Origin: a virus
DNA: 64,000 bases
Virus record (IMG/VR): IMGVR_UViG_3300045988_131126
Strand: one strand, 5' to 3'
Shown: piece by piece, positions 53,643 to 63,676 of the stretch
How the letters are laid out: each line of letters opens with the position of its first letter
Position numbering within the stretch: position 1 is the first letter of the stretch
Made by a program: the position numbers and the translations under genes
Notes under the pieces: model-generated
The model's database searches: none
What the model was told of the DNA's origin: nothing
What the model saw: the letters and a program-made list of their open reading frames with translations, nothing else

Positions 53643-54578
53643 TTATGCTTCAAGTGTTCCAGTTGCATTTACTCTTTCTACTGCTCCATTTGCAGGAACT
53701 GTTGTCTGCTGATCTGGAGTTGCTGGCTGAGCTGGTGCAGGAGCTGGCTGAGCCATCTGCTGATTCTGTGCTCCATATACCGGATAGTTCTGCTGAGGCT
53801 GTGTAGGCGCAGAATAAGTCTGCGGCATACCCATTGGCGGTACAGGCGCATTAACAATAGGAGCTGGTGCTACTCCATTAGCATAAAATGGATTTGCGTT
53901 CATATCTGGTGCTCCATATGTCATTCCACCCTGATTATTCATCATTGGTGATACAGGCTGCTGATATCCATATCCAGGATATGCTGGCTGCTGTGGCACA
54001 CCACCCATATTATACATTGGATATCCCATAGTACCACCATTTGTGATTTCTCTAAAGCTGTTGAATAATCCATTATTCTGCATATATACATCCTGTGTTG
54101 AACTTGCACTTGGAGCGAATCTGGAATAATTCTCTACAGCGATATCATAGAGTTTCGGAATCTTATCAACGAATGGTAAGATTGTGAATAACTGTCTTAC
54201 AACTGTTTCTGGAATATTTACATACATAAGTTTGCAGCATTCCATAACATTTTTAAAATCTTTTACAATCTGTTCTACTTTCTCATGAGTAAGATCATCT
54301 GGATTTAATCTTGCTCCACAGATTGTACACACCACGTCACCGGTGCCATCTTTAGTTTCTGCAATAGAGAACTTGTTTGTCCCAGGATATTTATGAGTAC
54401 AAAGACCTCTATTAATTTCCTGGCTAGTTACTTTCAGTGAGAACATAGCATCAGATTTAGTTAATTCTGCAGCTTCATCTTTTGTAAGCGGCTGAGTAAA
54501 TTTGATGTTCTGTGGCTGTACTCCATTGAAAGTCTGGCCTGCTACTGGGTTAACAAAAGTGTTGTAAAAATTAGACAT
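53643..54578 (-). CDS. protein with an N-terminal Cys/His cluster and a long Q/P/Y/M/G-rich low-complexity C-terminal half
   Basis: Start moved to MSNFYNTF (SD AAGGAGGACAAACTT). CTHKYPG...VVCTICGARL resembles a zinc ribbon. The C-terminal roughly 120 aa read GYPMYNMGGVPQQPAYPGYGYQQPVSPMMNNQGGMTYG...QPQQNYPVYGAQNQQMAQPAPAPAQP. Confidence 0.65.
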   Translation of the reverse strand: MSNFYNTFVNPVAGQTFNGVQPQNIKFTQPLTKDEAAELTKSDAMFSLKVTSQEINRGLCTHKYPGTNKFSIAETKDGTGDVVCTICGARLNPDDLTHEKVEQIVKDFKNVMECCKLMYVNIPETVVRQLFTILPFVDKIPKLYDIAVENYSRFAPSASSTQDVYMQNNGLFNSFREITNGGTMGYPMYNMGGVPQQPAYPGYGYQQPVSPMMNNQGGMTYGAPDMNANPFYANGVAPAPIVNAPVPPMGMPQTYSAPTQPQQNYPVYGAQNQQMAQPAPAPAQPATPDQQTTVPANGAVERVNATGTLEA

Positions 54579-54752
54579 AAGTTTGTCCTCCTTAAATTTA
54601 TTATTCTTTTTTGTGAAACTACAATTATGAATTAGTTTCATCTTTTTTATTTTATTACGTCTACTACCTTTGTAGTTGGCGTAATACGTACAAGCACTAA
54701 CTTGACTTATTAGTGCTTGTAAATATTCATTGATTTGTTTTAAATTTTTATT

Positions 54753-55148
54753 TTACTTTTTAGCGTATCCTAATCCTACTCCAGCGTAGGTTCTAGAATA
54801 TCTGGTCTTATAAGCTTCTTTAGATACTTCACGAGCATATTTATACTCGTCATCAGTCATCTTACTCCTAAGACTCTCAATATAATCTGTGTAGGTAGCT
54901 TTGTCTGGATATAATGTGATTTCTTGAATCGTATCATACTCAATAAACAAAACTTCTATTGGTGCCAAGTCTGCTCCATTTGGTTCTATATTTACTCTGT
55001 GAATCTCTAACAATTCTTCATCGTCATTCCAAATAAGAGTATTTCTTTCTCGACAACCACCATAGTATAACCTCTGATTATCAGCTGTTACCATTATCGG
55101 GAACCCTTTGAACTTCTCCCGAATCATTATAACGTGTTCTTTTGTCAT
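54753..55148 (-). CDS. hypothetical protein
   Basis: Start moved to MTKEHVIMIREKF (SD AGGAGGAATAATA). It overlaps the 3' end of the upstream ORF by 68 nt. Confidence 0.55.
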   Translation of the reverse strand: MTKEHVIMIREKFKGFPIMVTADNQRLYYGGCRERNTLIWNDDEELLEIHRVNIEPNGADLAPIEVLFIEYDTIQEITLYPDKATYTDYIESLRSKMTDDEYKYAREVSKEAYKTRYSRTYAGVGLGYAKK

Positions 55149-55698
55149 TATTATTCCTCCTGGCATTATCGACCACAATGAAGGTATAATTCATACCTTT
55201 ATTATATTGTAATACCTTTTGAGTCATAATAAACAAAGTATCAATAATAGGCTGTGCTATTATTTTACCAGGTTCACATCTATTGACATAATTAAATACA
55301 TTATATAATCCTTCATATAATATATTGTATGCAATCTGAGCCTGATTATGAATCTGATATACATTTAAATATTCAACTGGTGGAGCTTCTGTTAAAGTTG
55401 AGAAATAATTATTCAAGCCTACGGCTGTCATATTATTATATACCCAATTTTCATAACAAGCATTCATCAATTGAGATACAAACATTGGATCTGCATAATA
55501 TCGTAAATACTTAAGATTTGTATAATCGATATTAGCATATGCCATATCCTTGAGAATTCTTCCAGCTTCTTTTTTGATATCTTCAATCGTCATTTTACTC
55601 ATGAAGTCTTCTCCAAATTGCTGAAGTCTAAGATCAAACCAATTAGGTCTTTTCTTTTTGTTGTTTTTTGAGTTATTGTGTTTTCCCAATGACCTCAC
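55081..55698 (-). CDS. hypothetical protein (start uncertain)
   Basis: The track start is a GTG. An ATG at 55602 (MSKMTIEDIKK) has a better-spaced GGAGAAG. Confidence 0.5.
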   Translation of the reverse strand: MRSLGKHNNSKNNKKKRPNWFDLRLQQFGEDFMSKMTIEDIKKEAGRILKDMAYANIDYTNLKYLRYYADPMFVSQLMNACYENWVYNNMTAVGLNNYFSTLTEAPPVEYLNVYQIHNQAQIAYNILYEGLYNVFNYVNRCEPGKIIAQPIIDTLFIMTQKVLQYNKGMNYTFIVVDNARRNNNDKRTRYNDSGEVQRVPDNGNS

Positions 55699-55704
55699 CC
55701 TTTC

Positions 55705-56190
55705 TTACACTTCACCGCCATCTACAGCGTTTGTTTGATCATATGGAATATTCTGTTCACCCTGTCCATATCTTACTTCTTCGGAGTCTGATGTATTAGA
55801 TTCTGGAGATTCAATAGAGATATAATCATCAATATTAAATCCTGATTTATCTATAATCTGACCTCTTGCGATTACATCTTTCATAAACTTATGAATAGGT
55901 TTAGAATCTGTAATCTTCATTTTCATTGTATCTACAGCAATGAAACTTTCTTCAATGATCAATGGATGATTTGTTTCAAAAGAATCGATTATTAAATCTT
56001 TGATACGATTATATACTGCTTCTCTTCCTTTGATAAATTCCCATTTCTGATTGAAATCGCCATCGTCCTCTGACACATCATATGTGAGTAAGAGTAGATA
56101 GATTTTTGCTGCACCAGAGTCGGCTTCCTTAACACTGGTTCCTTCCGGTACATGATACATTGGTGATGATGAATTAATAGTTACATCCAT
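55705..56190 (-). CDS. hypothetical acidic protein
   Basis: Start moved to MDVTINSSSPMY (SD AAAGGAGGAACAAAAG). Confidence 0.55.
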   Translation of the reverse strand: MDVTINSSSPMYHVPEGTSVKEADSGAAKIYLLLLTYDVSEDDGDFNQKWEFIKGREAVYNRIKDLIIDSFETNHPLIIEESFIAVDTMKMKITDSKPIHKFMKDVIARGQIIDKSGFNIDDYISIESPESNTSDSEEVRYGQGEQNIPYDQTNAVDGGEV

Positions 56191-56276
56191 CTTTTGTTCC
56201 TCCTTTTTATTTTTTTTATATTTGTACATCCTTTCTACCTTGGATGCACAAATATAATATACAATAATACTAAATA

Positions 56277-57482
56277 TTAAAAGAAACTTTTTCTATTAGG
56301 AATGACAAATATTAACTGTTTAGAGAATCTAGTAGCCCCTGTATAATCGAGGTTTTTCTGTAATTGTCTATCAGGGAACATGTCTTGAATATAAATACCT
56401 ACTGGATATTGTGCCCCTTGAGCTAAATGTGAAGTTATAGCGTATGCATATTCAAACTTTTCTCCTCGACTATATTTAGAACTCTTTAAGAAGTTTCTTT
56501 GATCGTACGGAGCAGTAAAATATTCATAGTCGCATTTTAATCCGCCAAAATAAGCATCCAATAGATCTGGTTTAAAATCTATATCAAATGTTTTTCCATC
56601 AAATTGAGATGGATCTAATTTATTTATTACAGTACCGATTAATCCATTTGCTAAACTTATACCAGCAACTTCTGTGTACCAATTATTTTTTCTACATATA
56701 AGTTTTTCTCCAAGAAGCGGTAACCTCGAATGAATACCTAGAATATTATGTCTAACGTAATTATTATAATATTCTCTGGTTCTATTAGTACCACATACTA
56801 TTATATTAGAATATCTTATCATGTCATCTGTAAGATCTTTTCGTTCTACTACAATAGCATCTCCATAATACCCTGCAGACAATGGAAGACCTTCAGAAAC
56901 TAGATCAGCTATCTGTAAAATAGCTGATCCTTTTCCTTGCCTAACTATCTCTGTTAATAGGTCTATATTATTAATATCTTCGTCTCTTATATATGCTGGT
57001 TCATCTTTTACAGGTGGTAATTGTCTCCAATCTCCACATGCTATTATCTTTTTATTAGTTTTTTCTATATCAAATTTCATAGATAAAGGCGTAGTTCTAG
57101 CTTCATCTATAATAATAAGATCTATATCGGATAAGTCTCTTGGTATAAAAGTTATATCTACTTCTGGTACATTATATATAGGATTTATTACCGGTTTTCC
57201 ATCCAACCCAATTCTAGGTCTTTCTAGTCTTTCATACATAGTCGAATGTATAGTCCTAGCACTATACAACCCTCTTGTTCTTAATACAATAGCTGCTTGA
57301 CCTATATATGTCATTATAGCTATTCTACTTAAAGGTATATTAGATTCTCTAATAATCTCTTTTAAAACTTCAGTTTTGCCAGTACCTGCTTTACCAGCAA
57401 ATTGATAAACTTGATTGCTACTACCATGAATATGATAATAAGCATTATTTAATACATTTCTCTGCTGTCTATTAAAGTCCAT
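56277..57482 (-). CDS. SF1 DNA helicase, RecD/Dda-like
   Basis: FAGKAGTGKT (Walker A), LIIIDEARTT (Walker B), ACGDWRQLPPV, and the C-terminal YAITSHLAQGAQY...ATRFSKQLIFV. Confidence 0.8.
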   Translation of the reverse strand: MDFNRQQRNVLNNAYYHIHGSSNQVYQFAGKAGTGKTEVLKEIIRESNIPLSRIAIMTYIGQAAIVLRTRGLYSARTIHSTMYERLERPRIGLDGKPVINPIYNVPEVDITFIPRDLSDIDLIIIDEARTTPLSMKFDIEKTNKKIIACGDWRQLPPVKDEPAYIRDEDINNIDLLTEIVRQGKGSAILQIADLVSEGLPLSAGYYGDAIVVERKDLTDDMIRYSNIIVCGTNRTREYYNNYVRHNILGIHSRLPLLGEKLICRKNNWYTEVAGISLANGLIGTVINKLDPSQFDGKTFDIDFKPDLLDAYFGGLKCDYEYFTAPYDQRNFLKSSKYSRGEKFEYAYAITSHLAQGAQYPVGIYIQDMFPDRQLQKNLDYTGATRFSKQLIFVIPNRKSFF

Positions 57483-57494
57483 TGTTATTTCACC

Positions 57495-57992
57495 TTATCT
57501 TATATTTTTAAACTCAGGATAATCTAATCTTCTCAAAGCTTCAACTGATTGATCATTATTAGCAACTCTAAACATAGCTTCTATATATTTATATGAGTCA
57601 TTATTATAATAATCAGTTATAATATCAGCATTAGAATTTCCTATAGTTAAATTGCTCTTTATTAAATTAGTGGTTTTATCTATCACTTGTCTATCTTCGT
57701 GATATAATCTATAATAAATACCATCTTCTATAGTACTTCTATTTAATACAAAATTTAATAAATTTTGCATCAAACGAACGTTGAAGATATCAAATTCGAT
57801 ATCTCCGTGGTGGATCATTGGATTTCCATGTAGAGTACTTCTTATATATCTTCCATTAAATTCAAATCTATTACAGGTATCTCCATTAATTAAATATCCG
57901 TCTTTTTCGACAGAAAATCCGATCGCCAACAACAAAAGGTCGGTGATCTCTAATTTTGATTCTTTAAATAATTTTTCCATTTTTTTAGTCAT
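57495..57992 (-). CDS. hypothetical protein
   Basis: Track ORF, tightly spaced after the helicase gene. Confidence 0.55.
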   Translation of the reverse strand: MTKKMEKLFKESKLEITDLLLLAIGFSVEKDGYLINGDTCNRFEFNGRYIRSTLHGNPMIHHGDIEFDIFNVRLMQNLLNFVLNRSTIEDGIYYRLYHEDRQVIDKTTNLIKSNLTIGNSNADIITDYYNNDSYKYIEAMFRVANNDQSVEALRRLDYPEFKNIR

Positions 57993-58056
57993 AACTTATA
58001 ATTCCTCCCATTTATAACTTTACTATAATTACAATATAGTTAGAGGAGATGTAGAA

Positions 58057-58428
58057 ATGAACGAAGTATCTAACTTTTACGACCAAACAGATTATAGATA
58101 TACAGAAATCGCAGTATGCCTTGAAGAGACTAGTGGACCAACTGGGAAATTTGCGATACCGATTCTAACTCCTTTTATGAATACAGATTATGCGTCTAGT
58201 AATACAGAATATAATAGTTCTACAAAAAGTTTATTATCAGGTACACGTAAAGAATTAGAAATAAAAAACTGTAGTATATCTAATTACTTAGAATTAAGAT
58301 TACCTGATATAGTTTTACACGAGATAGAATATCATAATCCGAATATTACAGTTAAAAAAGGAGAAAAATTCATAGCAGTATTTGTTGGTGGAGATGTAAA
58401 CAAATGTAGACTGATATCGAGGTACTAA
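58057..58428 (+). CDS. hypothetical protein
   Basis: Track ORF with SD TAGAGGAGATGTAGAA. Confidence 0.55.
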   Translation: MNEVSNFYDQTDYRYTEIAVCLEETSGPTGKFAIPILTPFMNTDYASSNTEYNSSTKSLLSGTRKELEIKNCSISNYLELRLPDIVLHEIEYHNPNITVKKGEKFIAVFVGGDVNKCRLISRY

Positions 58429-58431
58429 ATT

Positions 58432-58884
58432 ATGTTTAATGGAATAGATAAGCCGGAACGTACATATACTCTAGAAGATTTTATTGGTTTTAAAGCACAA
58501 GATAATATGACTTATTATAATTTTTCTATATTATCTAAATCAATATTAAAAGATGGAATTATGTATAGTAAAGATAATGTGATATATAATTATATTGATA
58601 TACTCAGAGGAAAATCAAAAAAATTAAAATTAAGCGATAGTGAATATAATAAATATAGATTCAAACCAAAATTATTAGCATATGATTTATATGGATCTTC
58701 TGAATTATTTTTTGTAATAATGGCTATAAATGGAATATGTGATATAAAAGATTTTGATATGAAAAAATTTAGGATGCTTACCCCTAAGGACCTTAATTCG
58801 TTATTATCACAAATATATTCCGCTGAAATTAATTATATCGAATATAATAGACAAGAGGTAGGAGAAAAAAATATAGTTATATAA
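58432..58884 (+). CDS. hypothetical protein
   Basis: Track ORF, 3 nt after the previous stop. Confidence 0.55.
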   Translation: MFNGIDKPERTYTLEDFIGFKAQDNMTYYNFSILSKSILKDGIMYSKDNVIYNYIDILRGKSKKLKLSDSEYNKYRFKPKLLAYDLYGSSELFFVIMAINGICDIKDFDMKKFRMLTPKDLNSLLSQIYSAEINYIEYNRQEVGEKNIVI

Positions 58885-58904
58885 AAATAAAACCAGTAAG
58901 TGCA

Positions 58905-60635
58905 TTACGCACTTACTGGTACACTTTCATCATGATAAATCAATTGCTTCAATTCTGGTACAACATGTATTTCCTTTTTATACTCAGGATGCATTGCCAT
59001 ATAGAAACAGTTACTTGGATCTTCATCTGCTGGCTGAGCACCATATACCGTCTCAGATTCTTCTGCATATTGTTGTAACTCTTGTTGCCTATTCTTAGCT
59101 ACGTTCGTTCCAGGTATTATAGTAGGAGTTGCCTGTAAAGTTTCTTTATAAGCAGGAACTGGCGAATATAAATCTTCTACAAGTTTTATTCTACCCTGCA
59201 TATATGGTATGCATACATATTCTAATTCTGTATATACTCTTCGTTTAATAATTTTAAATACCATATGTTCTTGCTCTTGATTTAATATTATCCCTAAATC
59301 TACATTATCCAACATAAGCATTGATTCGCCTATATTAGATTTTCCTAATAATCTCGTTAAATCTGAATTTGTCGTTCCAGCTTTACTATCAATAATTCTT
59401 GCACCATCTCTGTTAAGATGAGAGTCTGTTATAACTGGAATATCTTTAATAATTGCAAATGTCTTCATTTCATTTGCTACGTTTCCTAATTCCAGACGTA
59501 CATCTGGCTGATTCTCTATTGATCTTAATCTCTTAATATGGTCTTGAAGTAATGCTATTACTTCATAACCCTCATCCTCTAAATCCTCAGTTAAAGTATA
59601 AAGATAAGATGTATCTTCTGATCTATTTGGTTTATACTTAACTATTATATCTATCGGAGAATCATCACTCAAATATAATTCTCCCTCTCTCTTTAACTTC
59701 TCTTCAACCTCTTCTACTGTGAAGTTCTTCATGGATTCTCCAGTACATAACTCAAACATACGCTGAATTGTTTCAGTTACACTGTTTTCCATTGTCAAAT
59801 ATACAATACACGGAATCTTGGTTGGATCCTTAGCTTTAAAATTTCTATTATATTTCTTCATCTGAATCGCTATATCCAACATAGACATGGATTTACCACC
59901 ACCGGTAATTCCTAATAATAAATATAATCTTGTATTCTCAAAACCTCCACCAATCAACTTATTAAAACCTTGCATTCCAGTACATAGATACCTATAACTG
60001 CTGGTTATCTCTTCATGTATTTCTCTGATGGAGTTATCAAATAAATCTGGTCTTAAACTAAAAGTCTTCTCTAAAGACGAATCTCTTCTAGCTTGTCTAA
60101 ACTTATTACAAAGATCAAAATTTTCAGCTTGTATCTGTGCTGATAATTCTGATATACGTGTAGAATCTGCTGTTAAAAATTGTGTATACAATTCTATCAT
60201 TCTTTGAGCTGAATCGTATATAAACGTAGACGATAATGTATTGGATATGGTTTCATTGATCCATTCCATCTCCGGATTAGACAAATCCGTAAAATTTTCC
60301 ATATCTATAATATCATCATCAATAATACCACCATTTATGTATTTTACTATTGCTATAGGATTAGATAGTCCTTTTACAATCTTTGCTTCCAATCCTCTCT
60401 TAATAAACGTAATCCTTTTTAACTTTTCTGGATCATTTGCATATTTAGACATGTCCAACATGTCCATTACATTTCTTAGATTTATATAATGTCCTCTTCT
60501 AATATTTCTATTTTCCGAAAGGACATAAGCACACATTAAATTTAAACTATGTATATCAAAAGATATAGGTAATTTTGTCTTGGTTTTGACATTTTTATGA
60601 CTACCATTATATCTAACTCTATTTTTTAACTCCAT
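58905..60635 (-). CDS. DnaB-like replicative helicase (RecA-fold ATPase)
   Basis: RLYLLLGITGGGKSMSMLDIA (Walker A in a DnaB-C context), VIALLQDHIKRL (Walker B/H2-like), VITDSHLNRDG. Its size and its position in the replication block fit. Confidence 0.7.
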   Translation of the reverse strand: MELKNRVRYNGSHKNVKTKTKLPISFDIHSLNLMCAYVLSENRNIRRGHYINLRNVMDMLDMSKYANDPEKLKRITFIKRGLEAKIVKGLSNPIAIVKYINGGIIDDDIIDMENFTDLSNPEMEWINETISNTLSSTFIYDSAQRMIELYTQFLTADSTRISELSAQIQAENFDLCNKFRQARRDSSLEKTFSLRPDLFDNSIREIHEEITSSYRYLCTGMQGFNKLIGGGFENTRLYLLLGITGGGKSMSMLDIAIQMKKYNRNFKAKDPTKIPCIVYLTMENSVTETIQRMFELCTGESMKNFTVEEVEEKLKREGELYLSDDSPIDIIVKYKPNRSEDTSYLYTLTEDLEDEGYEVIALLQDHIKRLRSIENQPDVRLELGNVANEMKTFAIIKDIPVITDSHLNRDGARIIDSKAGTTNSDLTRLLGKSNIGESMLMLDNVDLGIILNQEQEHMVFKIIKRRVYTELEYVCIPYMQGRIKLVEDLYSPVPAYKETLQATPTIIPGTNVAKNRQQELQQYAEESETVYGAQPADEDPSNCFYMAMHPEYKKEIHVVPELKQLIYHDESVPVSA

Positions 60636-60754
60636 ATTATCTCGACCTTTTCTTTCTCTTAGATTGATTAATATATAGTTATACTATCAATCTTTTTATA
60701 AAAGATAATGCTTCCCAGATACACGTAAAAGTGTGTATCTGGGATAAAATTCTA

Positions 60755-61489
60755 TCATCGACGAAAATATCTACGCCGTACATTCATCAAATAATTATTC
60801 AAGATTAATTCCGTTCGAGAATTTCTATATCTTGCAAAATTATAAACTTCTCCTGTATATTCAGGCTTAACTATTATGGTAGGACCATAATCTGCAATTA
60901 TATTCATGAATATATAGATATCATAATTTTTGTAAGTTAACTCAAAATATTTAGTCCCATGAGAACTATTGAAGAATTCATAAAGACTTCTTTTATCAGA
61001 TCCGATCAATACTAATTTTATATTATTATTTGAAGTAAAATCAAAAATATTGTTTATTGCTGCATGTACAAATGCATTTGTAATTACTTCATCATTTATA
61101 TAAGATAAATTGAATAATGACCTATCTTTTCTATCTATATTAGAGTACGATATATTGTGTTTCTTACTTGGTAAATGCGCACCAAGTAAATATACTGTCT
61201 TAAAATTAGTATGGCTAGAAAGATACGATTTTAATTTATCAAAATCAATATTGTTTACTGGAACTAACGAGTATAATGTATTACCAAATGATAAAAACTG
61301 GGATTTGCTATATCTAATAGTCAATGATTCTGGACATCTTTCATTAATGGCATTTTTCTTATATATATCCTCTTCTTCCATCTTCCACGAAAATCTATTA
61401 TACATAATACTCATAAATCGCGAAGGATCTGTTGCTTTAAGAGCAGTTTTTATTATGGTTTCCAAGCTTGCAACAAAATAATCTCCCAT
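60755..61489 (-). CDS. hypothetical protein
   Basis: Track ORF. Confidence 0.55.
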   Translation of the reverse strand: MGDYFVASLETIIKTALKATDPSRFMSIMYNRFSWKMEEEDIYKKNAINERCPESLTIRYSKSQFLSFGNTLYSLVPVNNIDFDKLKSYLSSHTNFKTVYLLGAHLPSKKHNISYSNIDRKDRSLFNLSYINDEVITNAFVHAAINNIFDFTSNNNIKLVLIGSDKRSLYEFFNSSHGTKYFELTYKNYDIYIFMNIIADYGPTIIVKPEYTGEVYNFARYRNSRTELILNNYLMNVRRRYFRR

Positions 61490-61507
61490 AAAATCACCCC
61501 TTATATA

Positions 61508-61969
61508 TTAATGAAAAAACTCTACAAAATTAACACAATCTTTCCTAAAGCGATACTGCTCTTCACCATTTACAAATTTAACTCCATCAGGATCAGACTG
61601 AAATTGAATAGCATCATATTTTCTTAATTCTGGATTATCTAATACTATTTTCTTTAATGAATTCTTTTGATTTGTATCTATATGAAGAATAAGTCTTTTA
61701 TTACAATGATTATAAATTATATTAGCATAAAAATTAAGGATTGGGATCAAGTCTACGATATCTACATGATACCCAATAACATGGACTTTCGTAATATTTG
61801 TCAACTTATTTAAACTATATAAATATTCTCCTAATTTTGAAACATTATTGTATTTCCAAATTAATTCAGTTTTAGAATTATCCTTGGTATATCTTCTCAC
61901 TACATATTTAAGAGGAAATACAAAATCGTTTTTTAAAAAATATCTTTCCATTTCGGCATGATGCATCAT
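61508..61969 (-). CDS. hypothetical protein
   Basis: Track ORF with SD GGAGAAAATAAATT. Confidence 0.55.
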   Translation of the reverse strand: MMHHAEMERYFLKNDFVFPLKYVVRRYTKDNSKTELIWKYNNVSKLGEYLYSLNKLTNITKVHVIGYHVDIVDLIPILNFYANIIYNHCNKRLILHIDTNQKNSLKKIVLDNPELRKYDAIQFQSDPDGVKFVNGEEQYRFRKDCVNFVEFFH

Positions 61970-61972
61970 AAT

Positions 61973-62425
61973 TTATTTTCTCCTTTTATTATTCTTTTTA
62001 TTCATACTGATTTTCTTTTTCACATGTCTGCTTCCATAATTGTCAGTAACGATATCATATGGATAGATTGTAACCTTTCCAGAATCATCAACTAATTCGT
62101 ACTGTTCTCTATTTTTATGAAAATCGTATCTGAAGTATACTTTAGGTGTATTAGTAGCAATAAAAGTATTTAAGCATTTACATAAAGTTTCTGTGCAGGT
62201 ATGTACAATAATCATAGCTTTAGATTTTACTGCTATTTCATTAAGCATGTCAAAAAGCTTAAATGTACATGTAGTAAAATCTAAGAATATATGGATCTTA
62301 TTAATATTACCACCATTTAAAACTGTCTTGTTTCCTTTCAGAAACAAAGACAGATAATCGTATCCCTTACTTACGAAAATTAAGTTATGTGCTGATGTAT
62401 AAATTCCTTCGTCTATTCTTTTCAT
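61973..62425 (-). CDS. hypothetical protein with a basic tail
   Basis: Track ORF. Confidence 0.55.
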   Translation of the reverse strand: MKRIDEGIYTSAHNLIFVSKGYDYLSLFLKGNKTVLNGGNINKIHIFLDFTTCTFKLFDMLNEIAVKSKAMIIVHTCTETLCKCLNTFIATNTPKVYFRYDFHKNREQYELVDDSGKVTIYPYDIVTDNYGSRHVKKKISMNKKNNKRRK

Positions 62426-62449
62426 TGCATTGATCTCCTTTTTATTGTA

Positions 62450-63118
62450 TTATAAATTAACTGATTTGATTGTATAGTCTCTTTTTAAGATATTATCAGA
62501 TCCTATAATTTCTGATGGATGCGTGTATGCAGTAATTGTAACTTTTTTGCTGCTATTGATAGAGAAATATCTATGTGTATCAAATCCGTTGGTTTCATGA
62601 ACAAGTTTGATGAGATGATCTTTATCAATCTCATCTACGCATTTTTCAAGTTTCCAATATTCTATATGATCATACACAACAATTGTTGGAATTGATGAAT
62701 AGATATTGGGATTGTGAAGTTTTTCAGATTCTTTATTTCTATATACAGCTTTTAAAGCTTCTTCAAAATCGTAAACATTTTCTTCTGATTTTACACGATT
62801 ATGTCTTACAATCCAATGAATCTTATTAAAATTGGATCTAAATTCTCTCATTGTAAATAGAGCTAACCATTCTTCTCTACTCGGATAATGATCATTAACG
62901 ATGATAGCATTACTTGTAAATAAATACGGTCTTTCTGTTATACTATCATCTTTCGTAATCTGAATATTGATCGGATATAATCTATCTCCATTTGCAGAAT
63001 ATTCTGCTTTAACTCTATTATCTTTATAGAAAACCACTGATTTGCTTTTGGTTTTCAATCTAGAATTAATAGTCTTTCCATAAATTAAATTGTGTTTTGG
63101 TACATCTGTTGTTCTCAT
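62450..63118 (-). CDS. hypothetical protein
   Basis: Track ORF. Confidence 0.55.
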   Translation of the reverse strand: MRTTDVPKHNLIYGKTINSRLKTKSKSVVFYKDNRVKAEYSANGDRLYPINIQITKDDSITERPYLFTSNAIIVNDHYPSREEWLALFTMREFRSNFNKIHWIVRHNRVKSEENVYDFEEALKAVYRNKESEKLHNPNIYSSIPTIVVYDHIEYWKLEKCVDEIDKDHLIKLVHETNGFDTHRYFSINSSKKVTITAYTHPSEIIGSDNILKRDYTIKSVNL

Positions 63119-63154
63119 AAATTTTCTCCTTTATTTTAAATTTATATAAAAATT

Positions 63155-63676
63155 TCATCTTTTTCTTTTTATCGCGTATTGTATCATTTGATCTGATATT
63201 ATATTGCTTCTGTTTCTTTCTAAAAAAGCACAATATATAGATATAAGTTCATGAGGTCTAATATAATAATTGAGTATTCTTTTATGATAATTATAATATC
63301 TTATATTATGATTTCTGATAAAATCCTCGCTTAAAGAACTAATATCAATATTATCAGGTTCGTCTATTATCATTCTAATTTTTCTGTTTATTGTAGCGAA
63401 AAAATTAGATTGCTCTAATTTAAACACAAATTGATTTATACTCCTTGGTAATATATATGGAAACAAAACTTTTGATATATGCGGATGGTCCGATATATAT
63501 AATGCCAACTCTACAAGATCCGGAATTGATATAGAATATATCGGGTTAGCAATTATAGCAGCATGTTTGTAGAGATATACTGTAGGCTCTTCGCGACGCA
63601 TTTTTATTTTTGCGTTATCATAATCTGCCAATGACAATGCTTTATCTGCTTCCTTTCTTAAACTTACGAATTTCAT
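63155..63676 (-). CDS. hypothetical protein
   Basis: Track ORF. Its ATG overlaps the TGA of the upstream gene (ATGA). Confidence 0.55.
   Translation of the reverse strand: MKFVSLRKEADKALSLADYDNAKIKMRREEPTVYLYKHAAIIANPIYSISIPDLVELALYISDHPHISKVLFPYILPRSINQFVFKLEQSNFFATINRKIRMIIDEPDNIDISSLSEDFIRNHNIRYYNYHKRILNYYIRPHELISIYCAFLERNRSNIISDQMIQYAIKRKR

Noticed and set aside
55081-55148. The 68-nt overlap between 55081..55698 and 54753..55148 might be a programmed frameshift site.
   Set aside because: I saw no slippery heptamer, and the downstream gene has its own strong SD and ATG. An ordinary overlap, or a slightly wrong upstream frame end, is more likely.
60755-63676. The five consecutive hypothetical genes might form another paralogous family (weak shared K(V/I)H(V/I/W) hydrophobic strands).
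   Set aside because: The similarity is too weak to assert by eye and would need profile-profile comparison.
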